Sequence record: OR880646.1
Strand: one strand, 5' to 3'
Length of the DNA: 64,000 nt
Source of the DNA: Escherichia phage ECP2301
This document shows, piece after piece, positions 18,925-28,727 of this stretch. Within the stretch, counting starts at the first letter, position 1. Each line of letters begins with the position of its first letter. Position numbers and translations under genes: made by a program. The notes beneath the pieces are model-generated. The model was not told where the DNA came from and made no database searches. It saw only the letters and a list, made by a program, of their open reading frames with translations.

Positions 18925-20351
18925 TAAAATTTTAATTCATTCGCTAAAGCATCTAACTGAGCTCGAGCGGATTCGTTTCTTTGATAGCGATTCTGTTCAG
19001 CCTGAATCTGCTGTGAACCTGCTACTTCGTTCACTTCAGTTGGAGTAGAATCTTGTTCAATTTCTACCCATTTCTGATTTCCTTTTTGAACACCCATTAA
19101 AAACTTATTCCATTTATTCTTATCACCATATCGTGATTTGATTTGCTTAATGAGTTGTTGTTCAGCAGCTGCTAACTCCTCGGTTTCAATGACCGCAAGC
19201 ATAAAATCGGCTGTTGCTGGAAGACCGGCAGATTCCGCAATATCGCTCATGTTAACATCAGAAGAATCCCAAGCTTGCTTACCAACCTGTGCTGCAGTCC
19301 AAAGAACGGTTTCGGTTTCAACAGCCAGAGCACGCAATTCCTCTGCGATAGCTTTAACAGTTGTGTAACTATTTTCTGAATAAACTCTGATGCGGCAAGA
19401 TTTACAAATACCTAGATAGTCAACAATAATGATTGTTGGAACAAAATTCTTCTTGAGCTTTAATTCATTTAAAAGCGACCGAAATGTATTAGCGTCTGCT
19501 CCACCAGTAGGATATTGCTTAACGATTAAACGACCGAGAGTAGATTTCTCACGCCATTTTTCCATTTTTCCTTTATACTCAGCGTAAGAAATATGTCCAT
19601 CATCAATGTCATCAAGAGAAACATCAAGCATATTAGCGTCAATACGCTTAGCACAAACTTCTTCTGCCATTTCCATGGAAATGTAAAGAACATTATGTCC
19701 GAGCTGCAAATAATCTGCTGCTAATGAACACAGACCTAATGACTTACCAACGTTAACACCAGCCATTAAAACATTCAGTGTTCCAGTTTCAGCTCCGCCT
19801 TTAGTAATTTTATTTAGAATTTTGAGTTTAAATGGAACCTTACGAGCTTTATTCATATAAGATAGCCAACGTGCTTCGTAGTCATCCATCCAATCATGAC
19901 CAACGTAACTATCAAATGAAATTGATAATGCTTGGCGCATGATGTCAGGAATAGCACCTACATCTGGCATTTTCTTATTTCGTTTTTCTGGAGGAAGCTC
20001 AGCATTAGTTTGAATTTCAATTATTTTAGATGTGGCGTTAAACATCGCCCTTTGCTGAACATATTTTTCTGTTTCTTTTACTAACCAGCTGTGGTCTTCT
20101 GGAGAATCGGCTAGTTTCGAAATAAGTGTTTTTACACCAGAATATTCTGTTTCAGTAAATGAACTATTTTCTAATGCAACATTTAACGCATTAATAGATG
20201 GAACGCTATGGTACTCATTAACATGAGATTTAATTAATTTGAATGTATTTTTAGCTGGACCACTTTCAAAATATTCTGAATCCATATATGGCCAAACTTT
20301 TGAAAAATAAGCTTGATCAAATATGAGATGAGAAAGAATAATTTCTACCAC
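18924..20351 (-). CDS. 41: replicative DNA helicase (DnaB-like), 475 aa
   Basis: Walker A GVNVGKS; 475 aa; N-terminus MVEIILSHLIF as T4 gp41; start codon is GTG. Confidence 0.93.
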   Translation of the reverse strand: MVEIILSHLIFDQAYFSKVWPYMDSEYFESGPAKNTFKLIKSHVNEYHSVPSINALNVALENSSFTETEYSGVKTLISKLADSPEDHSWLVKETEKYVQQRAMFNATSKIIEIQTNAELPPEKRNKKMPDVGAIPDIMRQALSISFDSYVGHDWMDDYEARWLSYMNKARKVPFKLKILNKITKGGAETGTLNVLMAGVNVGKSLGLCSLAADYLQLGHNVLYISMEMAEEVCAKRIDANMLDVSLDDIDDGHISYAEYKGKMEKWREKSTLGRLIVKQYPTGGADANTFRSLLNELKLKKNFVPTIIIVDYLGICKSCRIRVYSENSYTTVKAIAEELRALAVETETVLWTAAQVGKQAWDSSDVNMSDIAESAGLPATADFMLAVIETEELAAAEQQLIKQIKSRYGDKNKWNKFLMGVQKGNQKWVEIEQDSTPTEVNEVAGSQQIQAEQNRYQRNESARAQLDALANELKF

Positions 20352-20360
20352 ACTTACTCC

Positions 20361-20705
20361 TTAAAAGAATTTAAATTTTTTCTTTGACCTTTTATTAAAC
20401 GCATCTTGTAGTTGCATTGTAATACATTTTTCTACATGAGGAGCTAACTCAGCTTTTCTTTCTTGGTCAAGAACAGCAAAGTCCATTACGACTTTTCCAT
20501 CAACCCAATCTAATTTTGTCACATACACAATGTGTGTAGAACCGTCTTCTAGTTTAATGACAATCTCTTGGATAACATTTTCCATGGCAGATTTAATTAT
20601 CTTAAGAGATTCATTAAAAAGACGTTCTTTTCTTTCTTCTTCCCCCTCCGAAGAGGGGGATTCATCGATAATTTCTAGATCTAAATCTAAATCATCTTTA
20701 TTCAT
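20361..20705 (-). CDS. 40: hypothetical acidic protein, 114 aa (T4 gene 40 position)
   Basis: Track start is GTG; ATG at 20705 gives a plausible length; assigned by position between uvsX and 41. Confidence 0.45.
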   Translation of the reverse strand: MNKDDLDLDLEIIDESPSSEGEEERKERLFNESLKIIKSAMENVIQEIVIKLEDGSTHIVYVTKLDWVDGKVVMDFAVLDQERKAELAPHVEKCITMQLQDAFNKRSKKKFKFF

Positions 20706-21879
20706 TAAATTCTTCCATATCACTTAACTGATCTAGGTCAGTTTCTAAATCAGCTGCTGATTTACTTTTACTTTCTGGAGATTTAAATTTTTCAACCTTT
20801 GAGTTAATCAATTCATCAACTTCAGCTTCAACAATTTCATTACTATCAATAGCACCTAGCTGATAAGCGCGTTTAATAGCATCTCGGAATGGTTGATGTT
20901 TAAATAAAGGACCCCAGAATGTAGTGCAGTTGGTATCTTTTGCACGCCAAGATTTTTCTTCGCGAATCATCTCGCCGGTTTCTTCGTCAAGAAATTCACG
21001 AGCATACCAGCCATTTTTAGGTTTTACCACAAATCCTAATTCTAGAGCCATATCTAACAATCCAGAATAAGGATCGATGCCACCGTCAAATTTAACATCA
21101 ATAAAGAATTTACTTTTTTCTTTAACGGTACGAGATTTTTCTACATTTAGAACAAATTGATACCCCTGAAGATCAGAACCATCTTTAATCTGGCGCTTAC
21201 CGATAATGAATACAGTATCAGCCGAATACATTACGCCTGTACCACCTGTCATCACGGTTTTACTAAACATTTCAATTGTTTCAATTGTATGGTTAACCGC
21301 AACACACGGAATGTTTTTAATACTAAAATAAGGAGTAACAATACGGAATAATGACTTCAGTGATTTAGCACGAGTCATATCTGCCACAGATTTTTCATTC
21401 AAGGCATCTTCCGTTTCTTTCTTAGAAGCCATATTACCAATTGAGTCGATGAATACAATAACTTTTTCACCACGCTCAATAGCTTCAAGCTGATTCACCA
21501 TATCAATTTTCAGCTGTTCAACTGACTGGATTGGTGTATGAATTACTCGTTCCGGGTCAACTCCCATGGATCGCAAATAAGCTGGAGTAATACCAAATTC
21601 GCTATCATAAAATAGACATACCGCGTCAGGATATTTGTTCAAATACGCCGCAACCATAGTCAAAGACATATTTGATTTAAAGTGTTTAGAAGGACCTGCA
21701 AAAATGGTTAAACCAGACTGCATACCACCATCAATCGCACCAGAAATAGCAATATTAAGCATTGGGATTTTTGTACGGATTACATCCTTTTCATTAAAGA
21801 ATTTAGATGTAGTCAGTTCAGCAGTCATTTTAGAAGTGGAAGCTTTAATCAAACGGGATTTTAAATCTGCAATAGACAT
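20698..21879 (-). CDS. uvsX: UvsX recombinase (RecA-like), 393 aa
   Basis: Near-identical to T4 UvsX as I recall it along its length; Walker A GPSKHFKS. Confidence 0.95.
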   Translation of the reverse strand: MSIADLKSRLIKASTSKMTAELTTSKFFNEKDVIRTKIPMLNIAISGAIDGGMQSGLTIFAGPSKHFKSNMSLTMVAAYLNKYPDAVCLFYDSEFGITPAYLRSMGVDPERVIHTPIQSVEQLKIDMVNQLEAIERGEKVIVFIDSIGNMASKKETEDALNEKSVADMTRAKSLKSLFRIVTPYFSIKNIPCVAVNHTIETIEMFSKTVMTGGTGVMYSADTVFIIGKRQIKDGSDLQGYQFVLNVEKSRTVKEKSKFFIDVKFDGGIDPYSGLLDMALELGFVVKPKNGWYAREFLDEETGEMIREEKSWRAKDTNCTTFWGPLFKHQPFRDAIKRAYQLGAIDSNEIVEAEVDELINSKVEKFKSPESKSKSAADLETDLDQLSDMEEFNE

Positions 21880-21956
21880 TCATTTTTTCCATAGGCATCA
21901 TTATATTTTCCTCACTGGTTAAAGATAGAGTAATTATAACACAATAAATTTAGGCA

Positions 21957-22799
21957 TTAATCAACTGCTATTGGATGAATAGCATTAAACTTATGAAACG
22001 CTTCTGATTTTTCTTTGCGCGAAACACACATGCGAAGAACCTTTAATGGCTCGTCTTCTTCACCCAACGATTTTCTCTTTTCAATATTCGATGTTTTCCA
22101 GCGAGCTTGCTCTGGAAACTCTCTATTGATTTGCTCAAGAGCTCTATTATGTTTTGAATTACTACGAATTGAACTACATCCGCCAGGAGCTTGCGCTTTT
22201 CCGGATACAACCAGATATTTGAACAAGGCCAAATGCGGATAACCTTGATTAATTAAATTGAGAAATGCATACATATCTTCGCATAAATCAATTTTTCCAT
22301 ACCCAATTTGTTCTGTTGTAAGTTTTCCGAGGTCATACCAGGTATTCGTGAATCCATATGAATTTTCACGATAATTACCCCAAGATGAAGTAATTTTAAA
22401 AATTGGTAGACGAGCATGACCATGATAATACCCGCAATCCATGGCATCTTCAACGTATTGAATCAATTCATAGAACTGTTCACGAGTTAACTGATTAATT
22501 TTATCTACGCAGCGACGATCATCTTTCTTTCGCATTGAACTCATACGAATAGTAGTATCATCGTCAATCATCCAAATTCGTTGACCTGCATACATATCAG
22601 TAATTGCTTTGCGAGTGCCAGCAATTCCATTAACATCATCAGGAATAGTTATAATTTTGGCTCTAGACCCGTAAGCGTCATAATAAGCTTTTTCTTCGTG
22701 TTCACGTACTACAATATGAGGTTCATAATCAGTCGGAAACATATCAAGGGCAGAAACTGCCCCTACGCGTTGATAGCTTGGAATTACGAATTGAATCAT
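21957..22799 (-). CDS. putative HMC-DNA glucosyltransferase with DxD motif at the beta-gt locus, 280 aa
   Basis: IWMIDDDT (DxD); sits between uvsX and gene 42 where T4 has beta-gt (351 aa by my recollection); ATG overlaps gene 42 stop (ATGA). Confidence 0.5.
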   Translation of the reverse strand: MIQFVIPSYQRVGAVSALDMFPTDYEPHIVVREHEEKAYYDAYGSRAKIITIPDDVNGIAGTRKAITDMYAGQRIWMIDDDTTIRMSSMRKKDDRRCVDKINQLTREQFYELIQYVEDAMDCGYYHGHARLPIFKITSSWGNYRENSYGFTNTWYDLGKLTTEQIGYGKIDLCEDMYAFLNLINQGYPHLALFKYLVVSGKAQAPGGCSSIRSNSKHNRALEQINREFPEQARWKTSNIEKRKSLGEEDEPLKVLRMCVSRKEKSEAFHKFNAIHPIAVD

Positions 22800-23536
22800 T
22801 TCCACTCACCTTTATAGTCTTTTTTCACAATATGAGTTTCGCCAGTATTCCACCAATGATCAACCAAGTAAAAATGACGAGAATATACATGAAGACTTCC
22901 AACATTCCATATAATAGAACCTGCTTTATACTGACGAGTTGAATCGCCTGCATTCAAATCAGATACTAATTTATCTAATACGTATTTTTGCCATGCATAA
23001 TCATTACGGAATCCGAAGACCACGTCATTTGAACGCATGCTTACTACTGCATTGACTTTCTTATCACGAATCAGGTACTGTACTGTATTCGTACACATGA
23101 AATCTGACATACCATCTTTATTGTAGTCAAACTGCATGGATGGACGAGTATAAATCATGATACCGCGTCGAGAATCAGGATTTTGACCAAGTTCAGCTAA
23201 ACACATATCATACTGGGCATAGTTATCTTCTGACCAGATGGCCCAACCATAATTCGAGTTAATTTCGCCCTTAGAAGATGCTACCTGCTGCCAAATCTTT
23301 GGTGTTTCACCTGGAATATCTTTAACAAACAAACTTTTAGATTTATACCATTCAAGTTCACGCTGAATGTATTCATCATTAAGAGCGCCAAAAATAAAAG
23401 GTTCATCTGCTACAAATGATGCGCCAATAATTTCAATAGTTTTAACACCAGTTTTATCAACTACGAAATCTTTTTCTTTTAATGCAAGCCCCAAATGAAG
23501 ACGGATTTCTTCAACTGTCATAGAGTCACTAATCAT
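22796..23536 (-). CDS. 42: dCMP hydroxymethylase, 246 aa
   Basis: Thymidylate-synthase-like fold; 246 aa as T4 gp42. Confidence 0.9.
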   Translation of the reverse strand: MISDSMTVEEIRLHLGLALKEKDFVVDKTGVKTIEIIGASFVADEPFIFGALNDEYIQRELEWYKSKSLFVKDIPGETPKIWQQVASSKGEINSNYGWAIWSEDNYAQYDMCLAELGQNPDSRRGIMIYTRPSMQFDYNKDGMSDFMCTNTVQYLIRDKKVNAVVSMRSNDVVFGFRNDYAWQKYVLDKLVSDLNAGDSTRQYKAGSIIWNVGSLHVYSRHFYLVDHWWNTGETHIVKKDYKGEWK

Positions 23537-23689
23537 TTAAACCTCAATTGATACATTCATATTTAACTTGTAACAGTAATAAACCCCAACCTATAATAAG
23601 TGTCGGAATCATACAAGGAACCGTTACGCTATAGTATATACTTATTATAATCATCAAGATTAAAAGCAATACTGTTAAAATTTTGCTTT

Positions 23690-23941
23690 TCATTCCTTCT
23701 CTCTGATGATAATTACTTGATTTTGCTGTGCAGATTTTTTAGTTTCGCCCGCAATTGACCAAATAAAGGTAATAAACCAACCAATAATTGACCAATTAAA
23801 CAGTAAAGATGTGAAAAAGATTCCTACTGTCGATTTTGACCCACGCATCAAGGCGATGAACCATGGAAGCATGTATATAATAATAGCCAACACGCCTGAA
23901 ACTAAAACCATAAAAATTGAACCTGCTACTAAAGTTTCCAT
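23690..23941 (-). CDS. imm: superinfection immunity membrane protein, 83 aa
   Basis: 83-aa two-TM protein at the T4 imm position. Confidence 0.75.
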   Translation of the reverse strand: METLVAGSIFMVLVSGVLAIIIYMLPWFIALMRGSKSTVGIFFTSLLFNWSIIGWFITFIWSIAGETKKSAQQNQVIIIREKE

Positions 23942-23948
23942 CTTTTCC

Positions 23949-24329
23949 TCACTTAGTCAAATTTTTTACGCATGAATTATAAGAATTCACTACATACTCC
24001 ATCGGAGCATTTTTACCAGTACGCCATTGGTAATTATTAGCCCAATTTGCCCAAAGTTCAGCGCAGTAGTTTTCAATTTTTTCTTCGCGTGTAATTACAT
24101 CCGAATTACGATATGCTTGAGCAGATTCATCTGGACGAATAGCTTCGTCAAAATTCGCCTGCATTTGTTCTACTGTCTGTTTTGGAGCTTCTTTATAACA
24201 CTTGACGTTAGGATTATAAAATTTGCTTGAACAGTTTACAATTTTTCCTACATCAGATTGATTTACTACCGGTCCTTGAGCTACACAACCAGTAAGACCC
24301 AACGCAATAACCAAAATAGCGATTTTCAT
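23949..24329 (-). CDS. putative lipoprotein, 126 aa
   Basis: Signal peptide with lipobox (LGLTGC). Confidence 0.5.
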   Translation of the reverse strand: MKIAILVIALGLTGCVAQGPVVNQSDVGKIVNCSSKFYNPNVKCYKEAPKQTVEQMQANFDEAIRPDESAQAYRNSDVITREEKIENYCAELWANWANNYQWRTGKNAPMEYVVNSYNSCVKNLTK

Positions 24330-24341
24330 AATAATTTCCTC

Positions 24342-24593
24342 TTAAAACTTAACAAATAATTTTAAAGCATCTTCAGTTTTAATTCCTTTTCTTACACCCA
24401 TAACAGAAATTGGCTGTGACTGAAATTTTCCTTTGCCATTATAAATTTCTAATCCAGTCACCATTCCATTTTGTTCTATAATACCATAAGTATTACCTTC
24501 ATTTTCGAATTCTTTAACTTTAAAGAGTTTATTAGCTTTTTCTGCATTAACAACTTTTAAATTTTGAATAAAATTAGTTTGAATGTTTTTCAT
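24342..24593 (-). CDS. hypothetical protein, 83 aa
   Basis: Track ORF extended through the promoter; ATG at 24593 has GGAGGA SD and the repeated early-promoter cassette upstream. Confidence 0.5.
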   Translation of the reverse strand: MKNIQTNFIQNLKVVNAEKANKLFKVKEFENEGNTYGIIEQNGMVTGLEIYNGKGKFQSQPISVMGVRKGIKTEDALKLFVKF

Positions 24594-24621
24594 TTTGTGT
24601 TCCTCCGTAGTTGATAGTTGT

Positions 24622-24651
24622 ATAGTACCATGGAAGAACAGGGATGTAAAC
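24622..24651 (-). promoter_or_regulatory. early promoter within repeated promoter/leader cassette (GTTTAC / TACTAT)
   Basis: 21-mer GTTGATAGTTGTATAGTACCA repeated at about 24610, 49620 and 51059. Confidence 0.5.
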
Positions 24652-24733
24652 AGTTTTGTGAAAAAATTTTTAATGAATTTACAGGACCTAGAATCATCTA
24701 TTTTTCCTAAGTATAGATTTATATTACTTGTAT

Positions 24734-24756
24734 GAAAAAGGGACCCGGAGGTCCCT
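24734..24756 (-). terminator. intrinsic terminator-like hairpin after gene 43
   Basis: GGGACC/GGTCCC stem with 4-nt loop followed by U5. Confidence 0.5.
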
Positions 24757-24768
24757 AGATTTATTCTA

Positions 24769-27465
24769 TCAGCCAAACAGGAAGTCTAACGAAGCTTTTT
24801 CCTCATAGTCCATACCTGCCGATTCACACATACCCGCAAGCGGTTTAACAAACGATTTTTGGAACAAAGTTGAGTAGTCAATCCAAGACAGTACGTCAGA
24901 ACGAATTTCTTTTGGAAGTTCTGTGCCTGATGGCCAAGCAATGCACTTGTCACCAAATGGATTTCCTTCACGCAATGGAAGAACCATTACCTTATTTCCA
25001 TCCAAAATTGGAGCTACACCTAAACCGCTAACAGCTCGACGATAAGTTAGCACACCACGAATATGGAACGGACATTTAAATCCTGGCCAACCTTTATCAT
25101 CATATTTCGCTATATCGTTCGCAGTTTTTACTTCAGCAATAACTTTATAGTCAAGTTGACGATATTCTTTCTCAAAGTTCTTGTAGTATTCTTGGACGGA
25201 CTCTTCGCCTTCCTGAAGAATACGACGAATACTTTCTTCGAGAGCTTCTTGTACTGCTTTTGGTGTTGAGCTCTGCTGAGTTTCCATACCCATGATTTTT
25301 AGATGTGGTTCGGCAAATCGCTTATCTTCCATATCATAAACGTTCAGAGCATAACGCTTTTTCGCTTTCCAAAATCCACCAACGCCCTTTGAACCAAGCG
25401 GAGGGCAAGAAATAGCTTCACGGTCCATATGCATCAGATGCTCGCGGTTATTCATATAATCACATAACTCACGATATGCAACATCAATCATAGGTTCCAT
25501 CTTTTTCTTACCAAACTGATTCATGAATTCAACTAAATCATTTTGTTCTTTAAAGCGATCAAGACCTACTTTTTCAATAACTTTATCTACACAAACATAT
25601 ACCGAATCAGTATCACCTGCTGCGATGAAATCTTCACCATTAGTTCCACACACTTTATTTAGATATTCATTAATTTTGCGAGCAATCCACTGAATACCGA
25701 CTTGACCGAAAATTGTGATAGCAGTAGCATTTCGCAAATCATAGTAGCGGAAATGAATATTACCAAGAGCACCATAAAGACTGTTAATAAGAATTTTACG
25801 GTTCAGCTGATTTGTGTTAGCAAGTGTAGCTGCTTTTTCGCATTCTTCAATCAGACTATTGAGAACAGATTCGGTGTAATTCGATAATTCGTTTAAGAAA
25901 TCATCACTGAACTTAACATATCGTTCAACTTCTGGTTTAGTTGAGCAAGACCCTGCACCTTTCATAATAATCTTTTTAATAGCTTCGGCATTCATTTCTT
26001 CCGCGAACATTTTCTTTTTCCAATCTTTACGCTGGAAAAATACTTTAGCGATTTCCTTTGGAATGATACCTTCTTGGTGCTTATCATACATCCATCCATT
26101 CGGAGAGCAAGAATATTCATCACTTGGCTTAGGAGCTGTTCCTGCGATATATTCATGAATTGGATGAACTTTAAACTGCCCACGAATAGTCTCAGGACTA
26201 ATGTTAACCTGACGAATAATGCTAGGATACAGAGACGTCAAGTCAAAACTCATAATGTATCGACGAGCAATCGGTTTAGGTTCAAATACAAATGCACCTG
26301 GAAAACTCTGTTTAACATGCGAACCTTGTTGAGGAATAACCTTATGTTCACCTTTCAGTGAGTTAAAAATAATAGCATCCCAAGTTTTAATAGGGCTCAT
26401 TACACCAGAAAAAGGCATTTTAGCGTAATAAGACATACTTAAAACTAGATCGATAAACCCACGAATTTTATCAATTGCTTGAACTGATTCTACGTCAATG
26501 ATGTTATAACTAATGTATCGTTGATGATTAGTCTCACGAAGTTTATTAATAGGACCATCGTACGGCAATTTACCTTTTTTGGTTTCATGTTGAGCAACTG
26601 ATTCCAAAGAGAACGATGGCAAATTAGTAAATGCGAATTTCTTGTACAAATCTAAATAATCAAGAATAGATACGCCATCAATAGAATAAATTTCTTTGCT
26701 ACCGTACATATTTTGAATTAGTTTAGATTTTACTCGACCGATTGGAGAGAAGCGTTTCATACTGCGTTCACCGAGAACCATTTTAACACGATTCATGATA
26801 TACGGAACGTCAAATCCCTCAATATTCCAACCGGTAAAAATAGCAGGTCGTTTCTGTTCCCAGAGATTAATATATTCCATGAGCATATCACGCTCATTAT
26901 CAAATGGCATATAAATTACTCGGTCAAGAATTTCTTGAGGAACTTCATCACCACCTTCACAGTCAAGCTTAGCAGCTAACTTTGCATCCCATTTTGATAC
27001 TGAACCGTACATTGAATTCAACAAATCAAAGACGTAAAAACGATCGTCAATTGAATCATAATGAGTGATAGCATCAATTTCATATTCTGCTTTCATTGGG
27101 TCAGGAAATTTATCACCAGTAACCTCAATGTCACAGTTAGCTACACGAACAAATTTTCGGTCATAAACAATTTCTGAACCATATGTATCACTGATATAAG
27201 CGAGTTTAAAATCGTTCATACCGAGAGCTTCGAGACCGATGTCTTCCATTCGTTTCATCCAATCTCGTGCATCTTTCATTGATGGAAATTTTTGAGGAGC
27301 ACAATTTTTACCATAAATGTCTTTGTATTTTGACTCTTCCTTACAATGCCTAAACATAGTCGGAAGATATTCTACTTCACGAGTACGTTCCTTTCCATTT
27401 TCATCAATATAGCGCTCAACAATGTTATTTCCGACTGTTTCGATAGAGATATAAAATTCTTTCAT
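24769..27465 (-). CDS. 43: DNA polymerase (family B) with 3'-5' exonuclease, 898 aa
   Basis: 898 aa; family-B motifs; operator hairpin upstream. Confidence 0.96.
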   Translation of the reverse strand: MKEFYISIETVGNNIVERYIDENGKERTREVEYLPTMFRHCKEESKYKDIYGKNCAPQKFPSMKDARDWMKRMEDIGLEALGMNDFKLAYISDTYGSEIVYDRKFVRVANCDIEVTGDKFPDPMKAEYEIDAITHYDSIDDRFYVFDLLNSMYGSVSKWDAKLAAKLDCEGGDEVPQEILDRVIYMPFDNERDMLMEYINLWEQKRPAIFTGWNIEGFDVPYIMNRVKMVLGERSMKRFSPIGRVKSKLIQNMYGSKEIYSIDGVSILDYLDLYKKFAFTNLPSFSLESVAQHETKKGKLPYDGPINKLRETNHQRYISYNIIDVESVQAIDKIRGFIDLVLSMSYYAKMPFSGVMSPIKTWDAIIFNSLKGEHKVIPQQGSHVKQSFPGAFVFEPKPIARRYIMSFDLTSLYPSIIRQVNISPETIRGQFKVHPIHEYIAGTAPKPSDEYSCSPNGWMYDKHQEGIIPKEIAKVFFQRKDWKKKMFAEEMNAEAIKKIIMKGAGSCSTKPEVERYVKFSDDFLNELSNYTESVLNSLIEECEKAATLANTNQLNRKILINSLYGALGNIHFRYYDLRNATAITIFGQVGIQWIARKINEYLNKVCGTNGEDFIAAGDTDSVYVCVDKVIEKVGLDRFKEQNDLVEFMNQFGKKKMEPMIDVAYRELCDYMNNREHLMHMDREAISCPPLGSKGVGGFWKAKKRYALNVYDMEDKRFAEPHLKIMGMETQQSSTPKAVQEALEESIRRILQEGEESVQEYYKNFEKEYRQLDYKVIAEVKTANDIAKYDDKGWPGFKCPFHIRGVLTYRRAVSGLGVAPILDGNKVMVLPLREGNPFGDKCIAWPSGTELPKEIRSDVLSWIDYSTLFQKSFVKPLAGMCESAGMDYEEKASLDFLFG

Positions 27466-27483
27466 AGATATTCCTTAGTTTAT

Positions 27484-27501
27484 AGCCCGAGTTATTAGGC
27501 T
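27484..27501 (-). promoter_or_regulatory. gene 43 translational operator hairpin (5-bp stem, loop AAUAACUC)
   Basis: Minus strand AGCCU-AAUAACUC-GGGCU just upstream of the gene 43 SD; loop matches the T4 gp43 operator as I recall it. Confidence 0.65.
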
Positions 27502-27521
27502 CTTGATATATTATACTCCAA

Positions 27522-27545
27522 ATAAGGGGCCGAAGCCCCTTTGCT
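27522..27545 (-). terminator. UUCG-tetraloop hairpin between the small ORF and the gene 43 operator
   Basis: AAGGGGC-UUCG-GCCCCUU; weak U tract. Confidence 0.4.
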
Positions 27546-27782
27546 TTAAATTTCTATTGTACGACGCGATATAACGGACTTACCATCTTTATTTGTGGTT
27601 TTGATAATCGCCTGAAATGCGAGCTGGTGCGGGTAAACTAATCGTTGGAATTCTTTTTGGAATTCTATTTGTTTATCTTCCGGGAGGTCAAAAACCAGTT
27701 GGGTAGAAGACAAACCATATGTTTGTTTTAGATTTTCGAATATTAGAAAAGCTTCGGTAAACTGAATCTCTGATTGTGTCAT
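27546..27782 (-). CDS. hypothetical protein between regA and gene 43, 78 aa
   Basis: ORF with ATG and AAGG SD 10 nt after regA stop; ends at a UUCG hairpin. Confidence 0.35.
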   Translation of the reverse strand: MTQSEIQFTEAFLIFENLKQTYGLSSTQLVFDLPEDKQIEFQKEFQRLVYPHQLAFQAIIKTTNKDGKSVISRRTIEI

Positions 27783-27792
27783 ATAATTTGCC

Positions 27793-28161
27793 TTAATTAC
27801 CAATCGTATATTTAGGAACGAGTTTCCATTCATGTTTTTGTTTAAAAGAAATAACTCGGAAGTTATTAGTTAAATCTTTCATAAAAGTTCTTTGACCAGG
27901 AACGATTTCAATCAATCCCCAATCTTCTAATAGCCATGCAATCGAATCACGACGAACTTCATCTTCTTCTGTCATTTCAACCTGACGGCCATCCATACGA
28001 AGCATTTCTTTAAAATGGACGATATAGTATAGTCCTTTTTTCTGAAGAATGTGGCAGGACTGATACAGAACTTTATCTTTATTATTAGCAATTCCCATAC
28101 GAGTCAAAGTTTCTTTTACTTTCAGAAAATCTTCAGGTTTTTTAAGAGTAATTTCAATCAT
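27793..28161 (-). CDS. regA: translational repressor RegA, 122 aa
   Basis: 122 aa; position between 62 and 43. Confidence 0.9.
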   Translation of the reverse strand: MIEITLKKPEDFLKVKETLTRMGIANNKDKVLYQSCHILQKKGLYYIVHFKEMLRMDGRQVEMTEEDEVRRDSIAWLLEDWGLIEIVPGQRTFMKDLTNNFRVISFKQKHEWKLVPKYTIGN

Positions 28162-28162
28162 T

Positions 28163-28726
28163 TTACCATTCCAATGCTAGTTTTTTGAGTTGTTTCTGTT
28201 CTTTTACGTTCTTAGTCACTTCTTTTAAAAAATCATCCGTGACTAAACCTTTTAGTTCTTTTAATACTAAAGGAAGTTTTCCATTTTTAGTAAGAATTGA
28301 TTTATAGTTAATTGCATCATTTGTATTAACTTGATACCGCTTAGCAAGTAACTTAATAATCAATACTTCAGTAGAATCTTCGACCAGTTTTGCCCATTTA
28401 CCATATCTTTTACCACGAGGAACAGCAGCCATCAGATAATTAAAATGGGCTTCATCGCTTAAACCTGATCCAATTAAATTCATAGCATATACAGCTGGCA
28501 TGCATTCAGGAAATTGTGATAATGCATTCTCAACCATGTATTTTGAATAATCTTTTTGAGCAATAGAGCATTTAGTTTTATTATTAATAGCTCCAATTAT
28601 TTCAAAAAATTCATTTTCAGCTTTTTCCTTAAAAGAATCAGCAGCAGATTGGACAGCTGTCCAATCTTTTGAATACCAAGCAACTTGATGCTCGTTTAAT
28701 TGAATATCATCTTCAAATAAGCTCAT
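28163..28726 (-). CDS. 62: clamp loader small subunit, 187 aa
   Basis: 187 aa; position between gene 44 and regA. Confidence 0.85.
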   Translation of the reverse strand: MSLFEDDIQLNEHQVAWYSKDWTAVQSAADSFKEKAENEFFEIIGAINNKTKCSIAQKDYSKYMVENALSQFPECMPAVYAMNLIGSGLSDEAHFNYLMAAVPRGKRYGKWAKLVEDSTEVLIIKLLAKRYQVNTNDAINYKSILTKNGKLPLVLKELKGLVTDDFLKEVTKNVKEQKQLKKLALEW

Positions 28727-28727
28727 A

